A program made the position numbers and the translations under genes. A model generated the notes under the pieces. It saw only the letters and a program-made list of their open reading frames with translations, was not told the DNA's origin and searched no databases. A stretch of DNA of 64,000 bases from Flectonema sp. DT1601. Lineage: Eukaryota. Positions 29,819 through 41,200 of this stretch are shown here, in pieces. The first letter of the stretch is position 1. Each line of letters opens with the position of its first letter. The DNA lies in the NCBI GenBank assembly GCA_964019425.1, contig OZ025797.1, positions 310,001 to 374,000 on the forward strand, in the 5' to 3' direction.

Positions 29819-30427
29819 ATGTTGTCGTATGCTTTTTTATTGACAGCGGTGGTGTTGTCTTCTCGAGAGCATCTCGTAATCCCTCTCGATAAGTACGATG
29901 TTCGATGTTTTCATGAGCAAGGATTTCCTGGTGGAGAATTATATGCTGAGTTTGAGATTGTTGAAGGAAGAAGAAATCTTGAGTTCACAATAAGAAGTCC
30001 AGAAGGAAAATTACTTTATTTCTCACATGCTGGTGATCATAAAGGATTCGGAAAGGTTTATTTGAAAACGAGAACAGATGGACTGTATAAAATCTGTTTA
30101 GATAATCAAGGATCTCCACCAAAGAATGTCCGCATCACATTAGAAATAGAAGTTCCTTGGCCAACACGTAAATTAGATCCAGCGGAAGAAATCATGGATG
30201 AAATTATTGATTCCCTTGACCGTGTGAGTACAACTTTATTATCGATTCAAGATGATCAAGACTACCTAACAACAAGAGAGAGAATCGACTCAGAATACAA
30301 CATGTACACATCATCTATGGTGTGGTATCTCTCATTCTTTCAAGTTGTTATTTTAGTTGCCAGCAGCGTTGGTCAACTTCGATACTTAAGATCTCTGTTC
30401 ACGAACAGAACATCCCGAGGTGTATAG
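29819..30427 (+). CDS. p24/emp24/gp25L (GOLD domain) cargo receptor
   Basis: Signal peptide from ATG 29819; RCFHEQ..GLYKICLDN GOLD Cys pair; coiled coil EQ/DQDYLTTRE; TM ending QLRYLRSLF; tail ending GV. Confidence 0.92.
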   Translation: MLSYAFLLTAVVLSSREHLVIPLDKYDVRCFHEQGFPGGELYAEFEIVEGRRNLEFTIRSPEGKLLYFSHAGDHKGFGKVYLKTRTDGLYKICLDNQGSPPKNVRITLEIEVPWPTRKLDPAEEIMDEIIDSLDRVSTTLLSIQDDQDYLTTRERIDSEYNMYTSSMVWYLSFFQVVILVASSVGQLRYLRSLFTNRTSRGV

Positions 30428-30539
30428 CCATCTTACTTACCTCGTCGTAGTAAGTTATCTCGTATGAGTGGACAAAGACTGAAGTCCTGCCTAGCAGAGG
30501 ATCGAACTAACTCTCGTCTACTAGAAAAGTGATCAAAAG

Positions 30540-30574
<35 letters not shown>

Positions 30575-30946
30575 ATAAGAAGAGGGAAAAAACTAAGGAG
30601 AACTATAAAAAAAAAAAAATGGAGAAAAAAAACATGAAGTATGTTTTTTTCTTTGCACAAAAATATGATACGAATTTTCTAGTTTTTTTAAAAAGCCAAT
30701 TTATTTTTGTGCTATCTAAACTGATTAACTCAACACTTAGCCGAGCTGAAAAGGGCCACCAGAACGGTCTGGTGATAACGAAATCTGTGGGTAGCCGCAG
30801 TGCTATTATTTCGGTAGCTTATGGTATGCGAACCCGTAGTTCAAAAGTCTGCTTCTTTATAAGAGTTTTTGATGGGTTGTTTTGTGAAAACTCTGTTTGC
30901 TCTTTGTTATCAATGTTTTCCCTTTCAAGAATGTGAAATAAAATAA

Positions 30947-32074
30947 ATGAGCGATGTGATAATACCTGTTCCTCCACCACCACCCCGTGATAGAAGTCGT
31001 GTTTGTAGTGTTGGAGATAATTCATCAAAAGTAGAGGCTGGACTTAGAAAGTGTTGTATGTTTGGTAACTTTACATCTTATGATACTAAGCGTGCTCTTA
31101 CCAGTCGAAATGAAACCGAAAAGTTAAAAAAGGATCTTCAAAAAGTAGAAAATTGCGTTACAGAAAGACGATCATGGTATCAAGGAAGACATCCAGTAGT
31201 GTCAGATCCAGAAAATCATCCAACAACAGAAACTGATGCTGAGATTGTTGCAAGAAGAAAAATCGATCGAGCGGAAACAATAAAACGAGACCTACGCACC
31301 CTATCTCATAACTTTAAGAAGGGATTAAGTCCTCTGGGATCACCTGTCTCGTCACCACCGTCAGATCCTTATAATATTATTGAAAACATTGAACGTCACT
31401 TAATTAAGAGTTTGCAGAACCGAAAAGCAGCTCAGGCTCGCCTCTCAGAAAATATTTCGAAAACTGTTCGAGAACGAGAACGTTGCTTGGCTGAAAAAAC
31501 TGCAACGGCAGAATTTAGAAACCAAGCTGTGCTATCTCGTCTTCGTCGGAGGGACGACGCTTCTCGTGAGAAATGGTACCGAGAGTTGGACAAAATCAGA
31601 GCAGCGGAAGCTGCAAGAGAGCGAGCAAGTCTCATCGGAAGATACTTGTCAAAAGAAGAAATTATCAGCACCAGAGCTCACTCTCAAGAAGAACAATCTC
31701 TGTGGGATTCATCCTTTAAGAAATCAATGGAAGAAGAACGTCAACGACATTGTGACAATAGAGAAGCAGAACGAATACGAAATATTAAATCAACGATACC
31801 AACATTCTCACCCTTAGCATCTCCAACTACTAGACGACGTAACAGAATAATTCAACTGGAGTCTGAAGTATCTCATAAATTACCATCAGAAGATGACACT
31901 GTTCAACTGAGTGATGAACATACTCAAAGTCAGTCTCTTGATGATGATATTATATCGATTCTAACTCAGAAAGAAGATCGTCGTAAACTCTCAAGACGTT
32001 CTGAAGCCTCAAAATTAAGAAAATCGTCAATTCATATTAGTAACCAACAAGTGTTCTCTTTGAACTTGTTGTAG
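30947..32074 (+). CDS. Hypothetical coiled-coil, R/E-rich protein
   Basis: 375 aa ORF with charged helical stretches; no family recognised. Confidence 0.7.
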   Translation: MSDVIIPVPPPPPRDRSRVCSVGDNSSKVEAGLRKCCMFGNFTSYDTKRALTSRNETEKLKKDLQKVENCVTERRSWYQGRHPVVSDPENHPTTETDAEIVARRKIDRAETIKRDLRTLSHNFKKGLSPLGSPVSSPPSDPYNIIENIERHLIKSLQNRKAAQARLSENISKTVRERERCLAEKTATAEFRNQAVLSRLRRRDDASREKWYRELDKIRAAEAARERASLIGRYLSKEEIISTRAHSQEEQSLWDSSFKKSMEEERQRHCDNREAERIRNIKSTIPTFSPLASPTTRRRNRIIQLESEVSHKLPSEDDTVQLSDEHTQSQSLDDDIISILTQKEDRRKLSRRSEASKLRKSSIHISNQQVFSLNLL

Positions 32075-32225
32075 TCTTTTTAGTTATTATTTACACTGCT
32101 GGTTGTCAGCTTATATTTCTAATTATCTTCTTTAAGAATGTGTAGTGTTGTCACAGTGATAATAATAATCTTACCTCACAGATAACAACAACAGATATAC
32201 ACAAAAGAAAAAAAGAAAACAAAAC

Positions 32226-33005
32226 ATGATAATAGCTCCTCCGAAAGTGCAGCAAATGGGTGTTGCATCTAATCATCATCCAGGAAAATGGAAGCAAGAT
32301 ATTTGTGCGTGTGAGCCGTGTGAGCCTTGTATGAAGGGGTTTTTTTGTCCTCAAGCTCATGCGTGTGCGAGAGCAAAGATGGATGGAAGTAGTTGTTGTA
32401 TGCATTGTTTAACATCAGGTCCGTGTCTTACTTCCAATTACATGAGAGCGAATTATGGAATTGGAACTTCACAAGACTGCTGTGAAGATATAATCTTGGG
32501 AATGTTCTGCTTGCCATGTCATAATAGAAGAATGTTGGTTGAATCTGAAGAGTTCGATATTTTTCAAACTTCAACAAAACCCGGTCAGCACAATCGATCA
32601 CTATTCGCAGGCGGTAAATTCAAAGGCGTATCTGGACTAGGCAACTACAGCCCTGGCTCTGGTGAACAACAAATATGGCAGGGAGGAGGTATTGGTGATT
32701 GCGGCAAATGGGGATGTACAGGTCAGTTTATGTACGCATGCCTCTTCCCTCAATGTGCTGCTGCAAGAACAAGACAATACCTTGATGGCAGTGATTGTTG
32801 TTTTAATGTTTTTTTTAATACTCCTTGCAATTTATACTACACCACTAGACACTACTACGGAATTAGGGGTGATTGGATTGTTGATTTATTTATTTCGATA
32901 TTTTGCTATTCTTGTGCTATTGATAGGATTTATCGCGAAATTATAATCTGCACCACGCAGGAGTACATTGCAGGTCTTAAAAAGAAGTGTGGTGGTTGTT
33001 GCTAA
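32226..33005 (+). CDS. Tandem PLAC8-domain Cys-rich protein
   Basis: Two units of C..G.FCP/C.FPQC..AR..(M/L)DGS.CC...R..YGI.G....D......C..C; C-terminus KKKCGGCC. Confidence 0.85.
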   Translation: MIIAPPKVQQMGVASNHHPGKWKQDICACEPCEPCMKGFFCPQAHACARAKMDGSSCCMHCLTSGPCLTSNYMRANYGIGTSQDCCEDIILGMFCLPCHNRRMLVESEEFDIFQTSTKPGQHNRSLFAGGKFKGVSGLGNYSPGSGEQQIWQGGGIGDCGKWGCTGQFMYACLFPQCAAARTRQYLDGSDCCFNVFFNTPCNLYYTTRHYYGIRGDWIVDLFISIFCYSCAIDRIYREIIICTTQEYIAGLKKKCGGCC

Positions 33006-33256
33006 GTTTTATTTATTTTTTAATTGTTGTTGAGCTGTTCTTTGCTTAATTAGTGTTTCCACACATATATTTTCACCTGCTGCAAAGTTAAGGTGATAAT
33101 TACTAATTTGCAGCGGGAAAAAAACAGCGACCTGCTCGAGTATTTTTGGTATGGTTCTTTGTTTAACAATTTTTTTAATTTTTTATTTTATTTTTGTTTT
33201 CCTCTTCTGCACTATTCTCAAGAATTGTAAATATATTTTTTATTTTTTTTTTAGTA

Positions 33257-33422
33257 GTCGGAGAAGAAACTATTCAGATTGAAAGCCGTTTATTTCTTAT
33301 GGTCATGATTTATTTTCCCCCGTGCGACTGGATTGTTACTGTTTTTGCATTGTCAAAGTTTCACCCCGTGCGACTGGATTTTTGTCTGCGCTCAACGAAA
33401 TATAAAGGCTTTATCTGAATGG
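33257..33422 (+). repeat. Dispersed repeat family B copy with internal expansion
   Basis: gtcggagaagaaactattcagat at the 5' end and tcaacgaaatataaaggctttatctgaatgg at the 3' end; internal duplication ccccgtgcgactggatt x2. Confidence 0.8.
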
Positions 33423-34621
33423 TTTTCTTTTTTCTTATTTAGACATAACAGTCCGAAAACGTTTTAAAAAAAAAAAACTTTAGAAAAAGATAGTAGAAAA
33501 AAAAGTCTTAATAGTTTCTTAAGTTGTGGGTATAAACTCGACGATTCTAAGTTTCTTCAAAACAGAAAGTTGAGGATCCAACTTGGTCGATTGTTATTTC
33601 GGAGTAAATTTCTTTTCTCTCTTCTTTTCTTCGGTCGTTACAACTTTAAAACAACTTCAAAAAAGATCTCGTATACCCCGTACCGAAACTAACAATAATC
33701 CTTTCACGGATTAGGTGTAATCTACTACTGTATTATTTAGGTTCCCTGAGGAACCTGTAGATGGTCTGTTGGACTCGTTAACTAATTAAGAAAAGTATCA
33801 GTTCTTTTGAAATGGATGATCCCTGGAACTTATTGATGAAGACTTAAGAGGGACAATTAGTATAACATGAAGGCTCCTGAAAACTACGTATTCCACTGTG
33901 TTTTATGGAACAGGAGAACAGTTGTTCGTAGCATTTTTTTTTTTTTTTTTTTTGTTTCAAAATTTTGATTTAGTGCAACATATTAATACTCATGTTTTAA
34001 CTAAAAAAAAAGTTAGTATTTTTAGCCCGAAGTCCAACCATTATTATTTATTTGTTGTCTTTCGGTTTTTTTTGATTTGATTTTTTTTTTATTGACTAGT
34101 TGTTAATAATATTAAAGAAAATTCTTCGTTGCTTCCCCAAAACTTTATTTTCCCGTTCCAAAGGAATTTTTCTGTTGTAAGAAAAAAAAGTACCCCAAAA
34201 CTTTTTTTTATATGGTCAAACATTATCTATTTTCCCGGTGCGCCAGTATTACTGGCTGCGATCAACAAAAATATAAGGCTTAATCTGAACGGTTTTTTTT
34301 TTTTTTTTTTTTTTGGAATCTGTGCTTGCTTATGTGAACGCTGACTATTCGAATTTTCCGACTTTCTGGTGAATTTCCTTTCCGGCTTAGTGTGAGGCAC
34401 ACGAGTTGGCACTCAACGGAAAAAAAAAAAAAAAAGTTGTTCGCAACAGCAAAAAGTTTTTTTTGGTCGCAGACAACGAAAAAAAAAAAAGCTAAGCTAA
34501 CTAACTAAGGTAACAGTCAACGAAGAAAATCTTTTTTTTTGATGTGAGAAAGTCCCTAATATTAAGTTCAAAAAAAAATCCTTTTTAATAAATCATTACT
34601 ACCCTCATCAGAGAGATTATC

Positions 34622-36157
34622 ATGTCTGAGGTGGAGATATTCGCAGAAGGGAACAAACTTCGCGAAGAAGGAGATCTCGATGGCAGTATCGCATGTTATG
34701 AAAAGACCGCCGATGATGAAACAACATCAGACGATATCCGAGCCACAGCTTTGTTTTTTAAAGCGATTGCAATGCAAGAGAAGGATGAATTCCAGACTGA
34801 AGACCTGATAGATATTTACTCAACGGTGATTGATATAAAGAAATTACCCCATGCTTTGAACAACAGAGGACTACTATATCAACGAATTGGTAATTTTGAT
34901 GCCGCGATAACCGACTACAAGTCTTCTATTGAAGTAGACTCATCCGTAGTGTCTGCCTATTTTAACTTAGCAAATATTCATGATGAGAATGGTAATCACG
35001 AAGACGCTGTTGAGTATTATTCATCAGCTATTAGAATTAAACCAGACTACGCTGCTGCCTTTCTTAATAAGGGAGTAGCCTTAGATTGTCTGGGTGATTA
35101 CACAAGCGCAATCCACTGCTATCAAAAAGCTGCTATCTTATTACCGTTAGATCCTTCACCTTATCACAATAAAGGAGTTTCTCTTAATCAGATTGGTGAT
35201 TTCACTGAAGCCCTCAGTGCTTTCTCGAAAGCATTGATATTGAAACCAGACTATTACTCAGCTTTGGTTAATAAAGCTTTATCACATATAAACGTTGGAG
35301 ATAGGGAAGAAGCTGAAAGTTGTTTGCGAGAGGCAATATCGATTCGACCAAAGTCCGATACCGCTTACATATACGAGGCACTGATATGTCATTGTGAGGT
35401 TGAAAAGCGTGTTAAGTTGTTAGAAAAGACGATCAACGACATGAATCATAACGTAACCGAAGAAATCTACAATGAAGATCTCAACACAGCAATGTTTTAC
35501 AAAGCCTCTCTAACTGGTTTGACAGAAAGCGATTCAGAAGTTATGAAAGAAGCGATTGTTCTGTTGTCGAAGATGCTTGTTAGCGAACCAAATCACGCAT
35601 TGGCTCTCATTTGCAGGGCTGCTTTAGTGTTGAAAAAATCACCTATTCACGTGAGTATAAGTCCCGCTGTTATAAAGGACTTAAAAACATCTTACAAGAT
35701 GCTCTGTGATAATGGTATAGTGATTCATGATACCGTGGCTGATAGGGAAATCTTGACTAAAATTGTTTCGGATTTGGTATTCTCGTTGGAGCCTGAATTA
35801 TGTTCTACCATTGATCCGTCATTCAACAGTTTGAATACACTTCGAAGATCGTTTTTAACAAACAAATTACTTTCTTATTTATCATCATTTCCTCGTAGTT
35901 TAAAGACAATAGAAATATTATCATCAGACATCAGTCTCATTAAAAATGATGTTTCAATCGCAAAGCGTCAAATCAGAGCTGCAGAGGTACAACTTCTGAT
36001 TTTACTGAAAAGCGCTGATTCGAATATTGCCAGTCCGGAAGCATTCACTGATTTGAGAACAGCAAAAACCGGAGCAGAGAGGGGAAGCATAATCCAACAG
36101 ATTCAGAATCCAAAAAAACAACAAGATTTTGGTTGTCAGAATTGTGTGATGATGTAG
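34622..36157 (+). CDS. TPR-repeat protein with C-terminal CaaX motif
   Basis: Repeated TPRs (ALNNRG..Y..G.F.AAI.DY..SI; AFLNKG..L..LG.Y..AI..Y.KA); ends CQNCVMM. Confidence 0.88.
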   Translation: MSEVEIFAEGNKLREEGDLDGSIACYEKTADDETTSDDIRATALFFKAIAMQEKDEFQTEDLIDIYSTVIDIKKLPHALNNRGLLYQRIGNFDAAITDYKSSIEVDSSVVSAYFNLANIHDENGNHEDAVEYYSSAIRIKPDYAAAFLNKGVALDCLGDYTSAIHCYQKAAILLPLDPSPYHNKGVSLNQIGDFTEALSAFSKALILKPDYYSALVNKALSHINVGDREEAESCLREAISIRPKSDTAYIYEALICHCEVEKRVKLLEKTINDMNHNVTEEIYNEDLNTAMFYKASLTGLTESDSEVMKEAIVLLSKMLVSEPNHALALICRAALVLKKSPIHVSISPAVIKDLKTSYKMLCDNGIVIHDTVADREILTKIVSDLVFSLEPELCSTIDPSFNSLNTLRRSFLTNKLLSYLSSFPRSLKTIEILSSDISLIKNDVSIAKRQIRAAEVQLLILLKSADSNIASPEAFTDLRTAKTGAERGSIIQQIQNPKKQQDFGCQNCVMM

Positions 36158-36640
36158 GTTTTTCCTCAACAAGATTGCTTTTTAGCAAAAAGGGAAACCC
36201 TCATTAGAACAAATCCTATTGCAGTAACCTGCGTCAGATACGTATTTCGTTCGTTTTGTTAGATTTTGTTTCTCTATGTAAGGCCACTACTATTATTTTT
36301 AATTATTTATATATTTTCCCTACAATTGTAATCGCATGTGCTGTTGTTTTCTTTCTATCTAAGCAATAACTCACCCGAAGGTTTTTTTTTTTTAAAGCCT
36401 TTTCTTTGCTTTCAAATTCTTGAAAATGGTTGGATATTGTTCTTCCATTTCTTTCGTTCGAATCGATTTTTCTTTTTCTTTTTTGAATGTGGTTTTTATT
36501 GTTTGGTGTGGGTCGCTTGGTTATGTTTCTTAAATTGTACTTCAACGATGATTTACCTTTTCTTAGATCTCATTTTTATAACATTGAAACAGTGATGGTT
36601 GTTATTACGTTACTTTTTCAAGTCAGAAATTTAACATAAG

Positions 36641-36967
36641 ATGAGTGAGAATGACAAGTACCAGACTAAGAGACCAAAAGTAGCTGCCGAGGAAGACAGG
36701 GAAGGTTCTCCTGAAGCGAAGGAATCTTTCCCAGGAGCTAAATCACCGTCACCAACAAGAGCATCACCGAGTCCGAACTTGACACCGAGAGATCCGTTGG
36801 TGAGTTCTGCAGTCGATAGAAGCAAAGCTCGTTCTCTATCAAGAAAAGATGAACTGAGTCCCTTAAGACCACCTTGTATAAGTATCGCTGACAGCAGATC
36901 AAATGCTCCTGACAGAGCATCGATGGAGTTACCGCCAGCTGAATCAATTGAGGAACCAGCTGCCTAA
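36641..36967 (+). CDS. Small Ser/Pro-rich disordered hypothetical protein
   Basis: 108 aa ORF with higher GC than its flanks and a CAG upstream; KRPK basic patch and many SP sites. Confidence 0.6.
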   Translation: MSENDKYQTKRPKVAAEEDREGSPEAKESFPGAKSPSPTRASPSPNLTPRDPLVSSAVDRSKARSLSRKDELSPLRPPCISIADSRSNAPDRASMELPPAESIEEPAA

Positions 36968-37475
36968 GATAAGACTCCCTCCCTTCCATTCCCATTCCAC
37001 CTCCTTAGATTTCACAACCTGTTCAAAACTACTAGTTTTCGTAGTTACATATAATTGAGTTCTTATGTATATGGAAAAAAAAAAAAACAAACAAACCTGG
37101 AAAATAGTCGCTAGTTATGCGTCTTGCGATGCCATGTGTTGTAATGGAGAAGAAAAAGAAAAAAACGAAAGAGGAAGCACCAAATCCCACATTATGTGTC
37201 CTTTTTGGTTTTACTGCTCGTATAGTGCTCTCAGTAACACAATGAATAAAAAAATCTGTTAGAAGAAAGAATAAATATAAAGTTCAGCAGGGTGGGTGAT
37301 GTAGCTGCAAGTTCTGACTGAGAAAGTGAAGAAGCAAAAAAAAAAAAAAAAAAAAAAAATACCACCTCTCAAGTAGAAATAGAAAGAATTTATTATTGTT
37401 GTTTTGTTGACAAGGATTATGTATTTTTTTAAAAAAAAGATTTATCATAATTTCCCTTTAGAAGTTATTAATAAG

Positions 37476-38072
37476 ATGCCTCGAGTGACTTCTGGTTCGT
37501 TACGTGTGACACCTATCAGAGTAATTAATCCCCAAAATGATGACGTTTGTTGGGTCGCACCTCCTGCAAACTTCGTAGCAGCCTACGGCAGAGCATTGAA
37601 GTCCAAACGAGTTGGACGATCGTTTAGAAAAAAGGAAGCTGCACTTGATCACACGAATATTGCGATCGGATTAATATACGCCTGGAGAGCATGTTTACTT
37701 AGAGAAGAAGTCACTGAGGAGAATGCAGTGGCTTGTTTATACTTAGCAGTCAAGTACAACGAACACCCCTGTTGTGCAGATGCTTTTATCGATCAGGTTA
37801 CTGCGAATAATATTACTTATTTAAAGAAACAGAGTGTTGAGAAATTCAAATCGACGACGAAGACTATTTGGAAAAGACTCGCCATGAGATGTCACGTCAC
37901 TACTTCGGAACTAAACGCTGCGAGGAAATTGATTGAACCGACTTGTACGAAATTAAAGATCTTAGACAGAAGTAAGAACCTTCGTCACCTGTGGGTGTCA
38001 ATGAGAGAATGGGTAGGCTTCACCTCAACGAAGTTCCCAGGTATGCCTCCAACACCAACTGAGCTATCCTAA
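37476..38072 (+). CDS. Divergent cyclin-fold protein (Pho80/PCL-like cyclin box)
   Basis: IAIGLIYAWR...VACLYLAVKYNE matches cyclin-box helix 2/3. ATG 37476 follows a pyrimidine tract + TAG. Confidence 0.55.
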   Translation: MPRVTSGSLRVTPIRVINPQNDDVCWVAPPANFVAAYGRALKSKRVGRSFRKKEAALDHTNIAIGLIYAWRACLLREEVTEENAVACLYLAVKYNEHPCCADAFIDQVTANNITYLKKQSVEKFKSTTKTIWKRLAMRCHVTTSELNAARKLIEPTCTKLKILDRSKNLRHLWVSMREWVGFTSTKFPGMPPTPTELS

Positions 38073-38277
38073 CTCTCAATTAGACGTGTTGCTAATTATT
38101 ATTTTTATTAAACAATGTTGAAATATAAGGCTCACCAAAAAACAATTAAAATCCTTCTTAAGTTATGGGATGTTTTGTCCCTTTTTTACCATCTCTCATT
38201 TAGCGATTGAATAGTGCGGTTGGGTTCTTTTTGTATTTTATAATAATTTAACCAACCCGACAGTTACACACAATAAT

Positions 38278-41200
38278 ATGTCACATTTCTTGGTTCAAGT
38301 TCATGTTATCCAGGCATTGAACTTAATTCCGACATCCGATACTAACACTGCCATCCCTGTGTGTGAAGTCGAATGCTGGGGTGAGAGAAAACAAAGTAAA
38401 AAAGGAAAAGATAAAACCCTAAACCCGTTTTGGGATAAGAATTTTAATTTTGAGAGGGAAGGTGTTGACCTATCAAGCGGAGAGAATACCCTAAAGATAA
38501 CCGTATACGATACAGACACTTGGTTCACAAATGACGTTATAGGCGAATACGTTATAGACTTAGCACACGTCTACAATGAAGAACCAAATCATGAGCTCTA
38601 TAGAAAATGGATCGTTTTATCAAAAGATGATGAGGGCGATACTTTGGGATTCTTAAAGGCATCTGTTTTAGTTTTGAATATCTCTCAGGGTGACACTCAA
38701 CCACCACGAGACGAAGAAGATCCATTCGCTGATCCGGCGACAGACAACGCTGATGATTTAGAAGGGGCGATGCTAAAGCCACCAAATCTTCGTAAAGACG
38801 GTTACTTAATTCACTGCGAAATTTGGGAAGCTCAAGATTTACCCATCATGGATATCTGGGGAACTATTGATCCTTTCGTCAGAGTTGGTTTCGCAGGGAA
38901 GAAAAAAATTGAAACTCAATGCTTTCCAAAAGATCAAAATCCGAAATTTAAAACTCAAGTCACATTAAAAGTTGGAGCGAGAGCCCCCACAGATATCATC
39001 ATATTGGAACTTCTAGACAGAGATGTTTTATTTGATGAACTCGTATCAAACAAAGCATTTTCATTTAAAAAGCTACTCGAAGAAGGAAACGAACTCCCTC
39101 CACGTTGGTTCCCTTTATACGGTCACGCTGAAGAACCGGACCTAAGCGAAGTACTTAAAGCCTGTTATAAAAAACAAATGAACGAACCGCAGAGAACGAG
39201 ATACGTTGGTAGACTGTTGGTAGGGTTTAAAGCTGAATATATGCAAGTGGCAAAACCTCCCAGTAACCCGATAACTCAACTTTCAGGAGGCGTCTTACGT
39301 CCAAGAGAGTGTTCGTGGACTCTAAGATTTGATCTTTATCAAGGAGCTTCTCTTGATGATGTTCCTGGATGGTTTGATGATTTAGTTGTTGAGATCGAAT
39401 GGGGTACTGAAATACGTACTTCAGGATATATGTATAAAGATGAACACGGCATAGCATGTTGGTTTGAGCAGTTTCCTGAAATAATCACAAAGTGGCCGGA
39501 AGTTGTTGATCATGGAGACTTTCCATCTCAAGGAAACCAACCGAAATATTCAAAAATAAAAGACTCAGAACTTGATTGGGGTGACTGGGATCAAATCCCT
39601 TTCGTAGTAATCCGACTAGTACGAGACGGACCAGTCAGTAGAGAAGCCGTATCTGAACGTCTTGTTCACCCGAAAGATATTCCAGTTTCATCAGAAGAAG
39701 TTGCTAGTTCAACGAATTCTAATTATAAACCGCAGTGGTGGATATTTAATCCTGTTCGTAAGAAAAGTGGAAAACTTGCGATTGACATTCCGACATTCCT
39801 TCAGTTTAGAATTGGACTGAATTCAGATTCTGATCCTGCGGGAGTTCGCGAAAAGATGATCCCCGCAGAGAAGAAAGCCTACGTTCTGAGAAGTCACATC
39901 TACCAAGCGAGAGGACTAGCCGCAGCTGATAGAACCGGTACGTCCGATCCTTACTGTGAGATCCAATGTGGTAATTATAGAAAAACAACTAGAAGAAATG
40001 AAGAAACCCTTTGTCCTATTTGGTACGAAACTCTCACAGGTAGAATCTTCATGCCAGCAAAGGCACAAGAACTATCACAAGCTCCGATGATTAATATCAC
40101 TGTCTGGGATTGGGAGCAGGGATTACTTGGATTTTCCGCAGATGTAATTATCGGACGAAGCTCTAACGAAGTATCTCAAAAACTAATTGTGTGTCAGTGG
40201 AAGGCATACGAACCAAGAAAACCTCATTGGAGACCACTCTATGATATTATTGACGGAAAAAAAGTACCAGCTGGTGAACTACTTGTTTCCTTTGACATTC
40301 TTCATCCAAATCTTGCAAAAGAAATTCATCACAAGCTTCCTGAAGGTGGATCGTTACTTCCGTGGGTAAAAACAACTCCGATGTTTCTCGAGTACAACAT
40401 ACTTGGTTTGAGAGAGTTAGAATCACTTCCTGGATTATTTAGTCACAATCCTGTTTCAGGAACAAGTATTCGAATAAAGTGCGGAACTGCTGAATGGGAA
40501 GATGTCGTCGACTACGAGTGGATAAACAATCACAAATCAAGCATCTACTTAGACGATGATTTATTAGGAAAAAAACAAAAGTATCTGTCTCTCCCAATGA
40601 TGCAAACACCACTACTGGAAGGTGAGGATTCACCCAACGGGTGGAATCCACATTATGGGTTTGTTGGTTATTTAAAGTTCAACTATCCTGTCGATAAAAG
40701 ATACACACCAAACATCGTTGTGGAAGTTAGAGACAAGAAAGGAAATTTAATTGGAATATTTGATGAAAGTTTAGAAACGATAATGGCTGAACAAGGAACA
40801 AAGAGAAGTGGAACAAAAGACGAACACATGAAACTAGCACTTGAACGCAACGGTATCGATCCAAGCAGTGCAATAGATCGTCCAGTAAAATCAGATGGTA
40901 AAGAAGCAGACATTGAAGCACCTGAAGAAGAAGATGATAACGATGATGATGATATGACTGACGACGATGAAGAATTAGCAAAACGCGCAGTTTCAAAAAA
41001 CGCTCCCGACAGAGACAACATCAGTACTTCCTCAGCTGATGAATCTGATCGTCAAACACCTGATCACGAACCTTTATTTGGTTATGATGGACCTTATGAA
41101 AATGAACTTAAACACCTTCCTTACAATCGATATCTTTTAAAAAGACAAGCTCCTGTTGCCTTCAATCCATTTTCACTTTCATTCGATAGAACACCAAAAC

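Noticed and set aside
24070..36157. Apparent isoprenoid theme (MVD near CaaX- and CC-terminated proteins)
   Set aside because: Genes in polycistronic clusters are generally functionally unrelated, and the intervening genes are unrelated.
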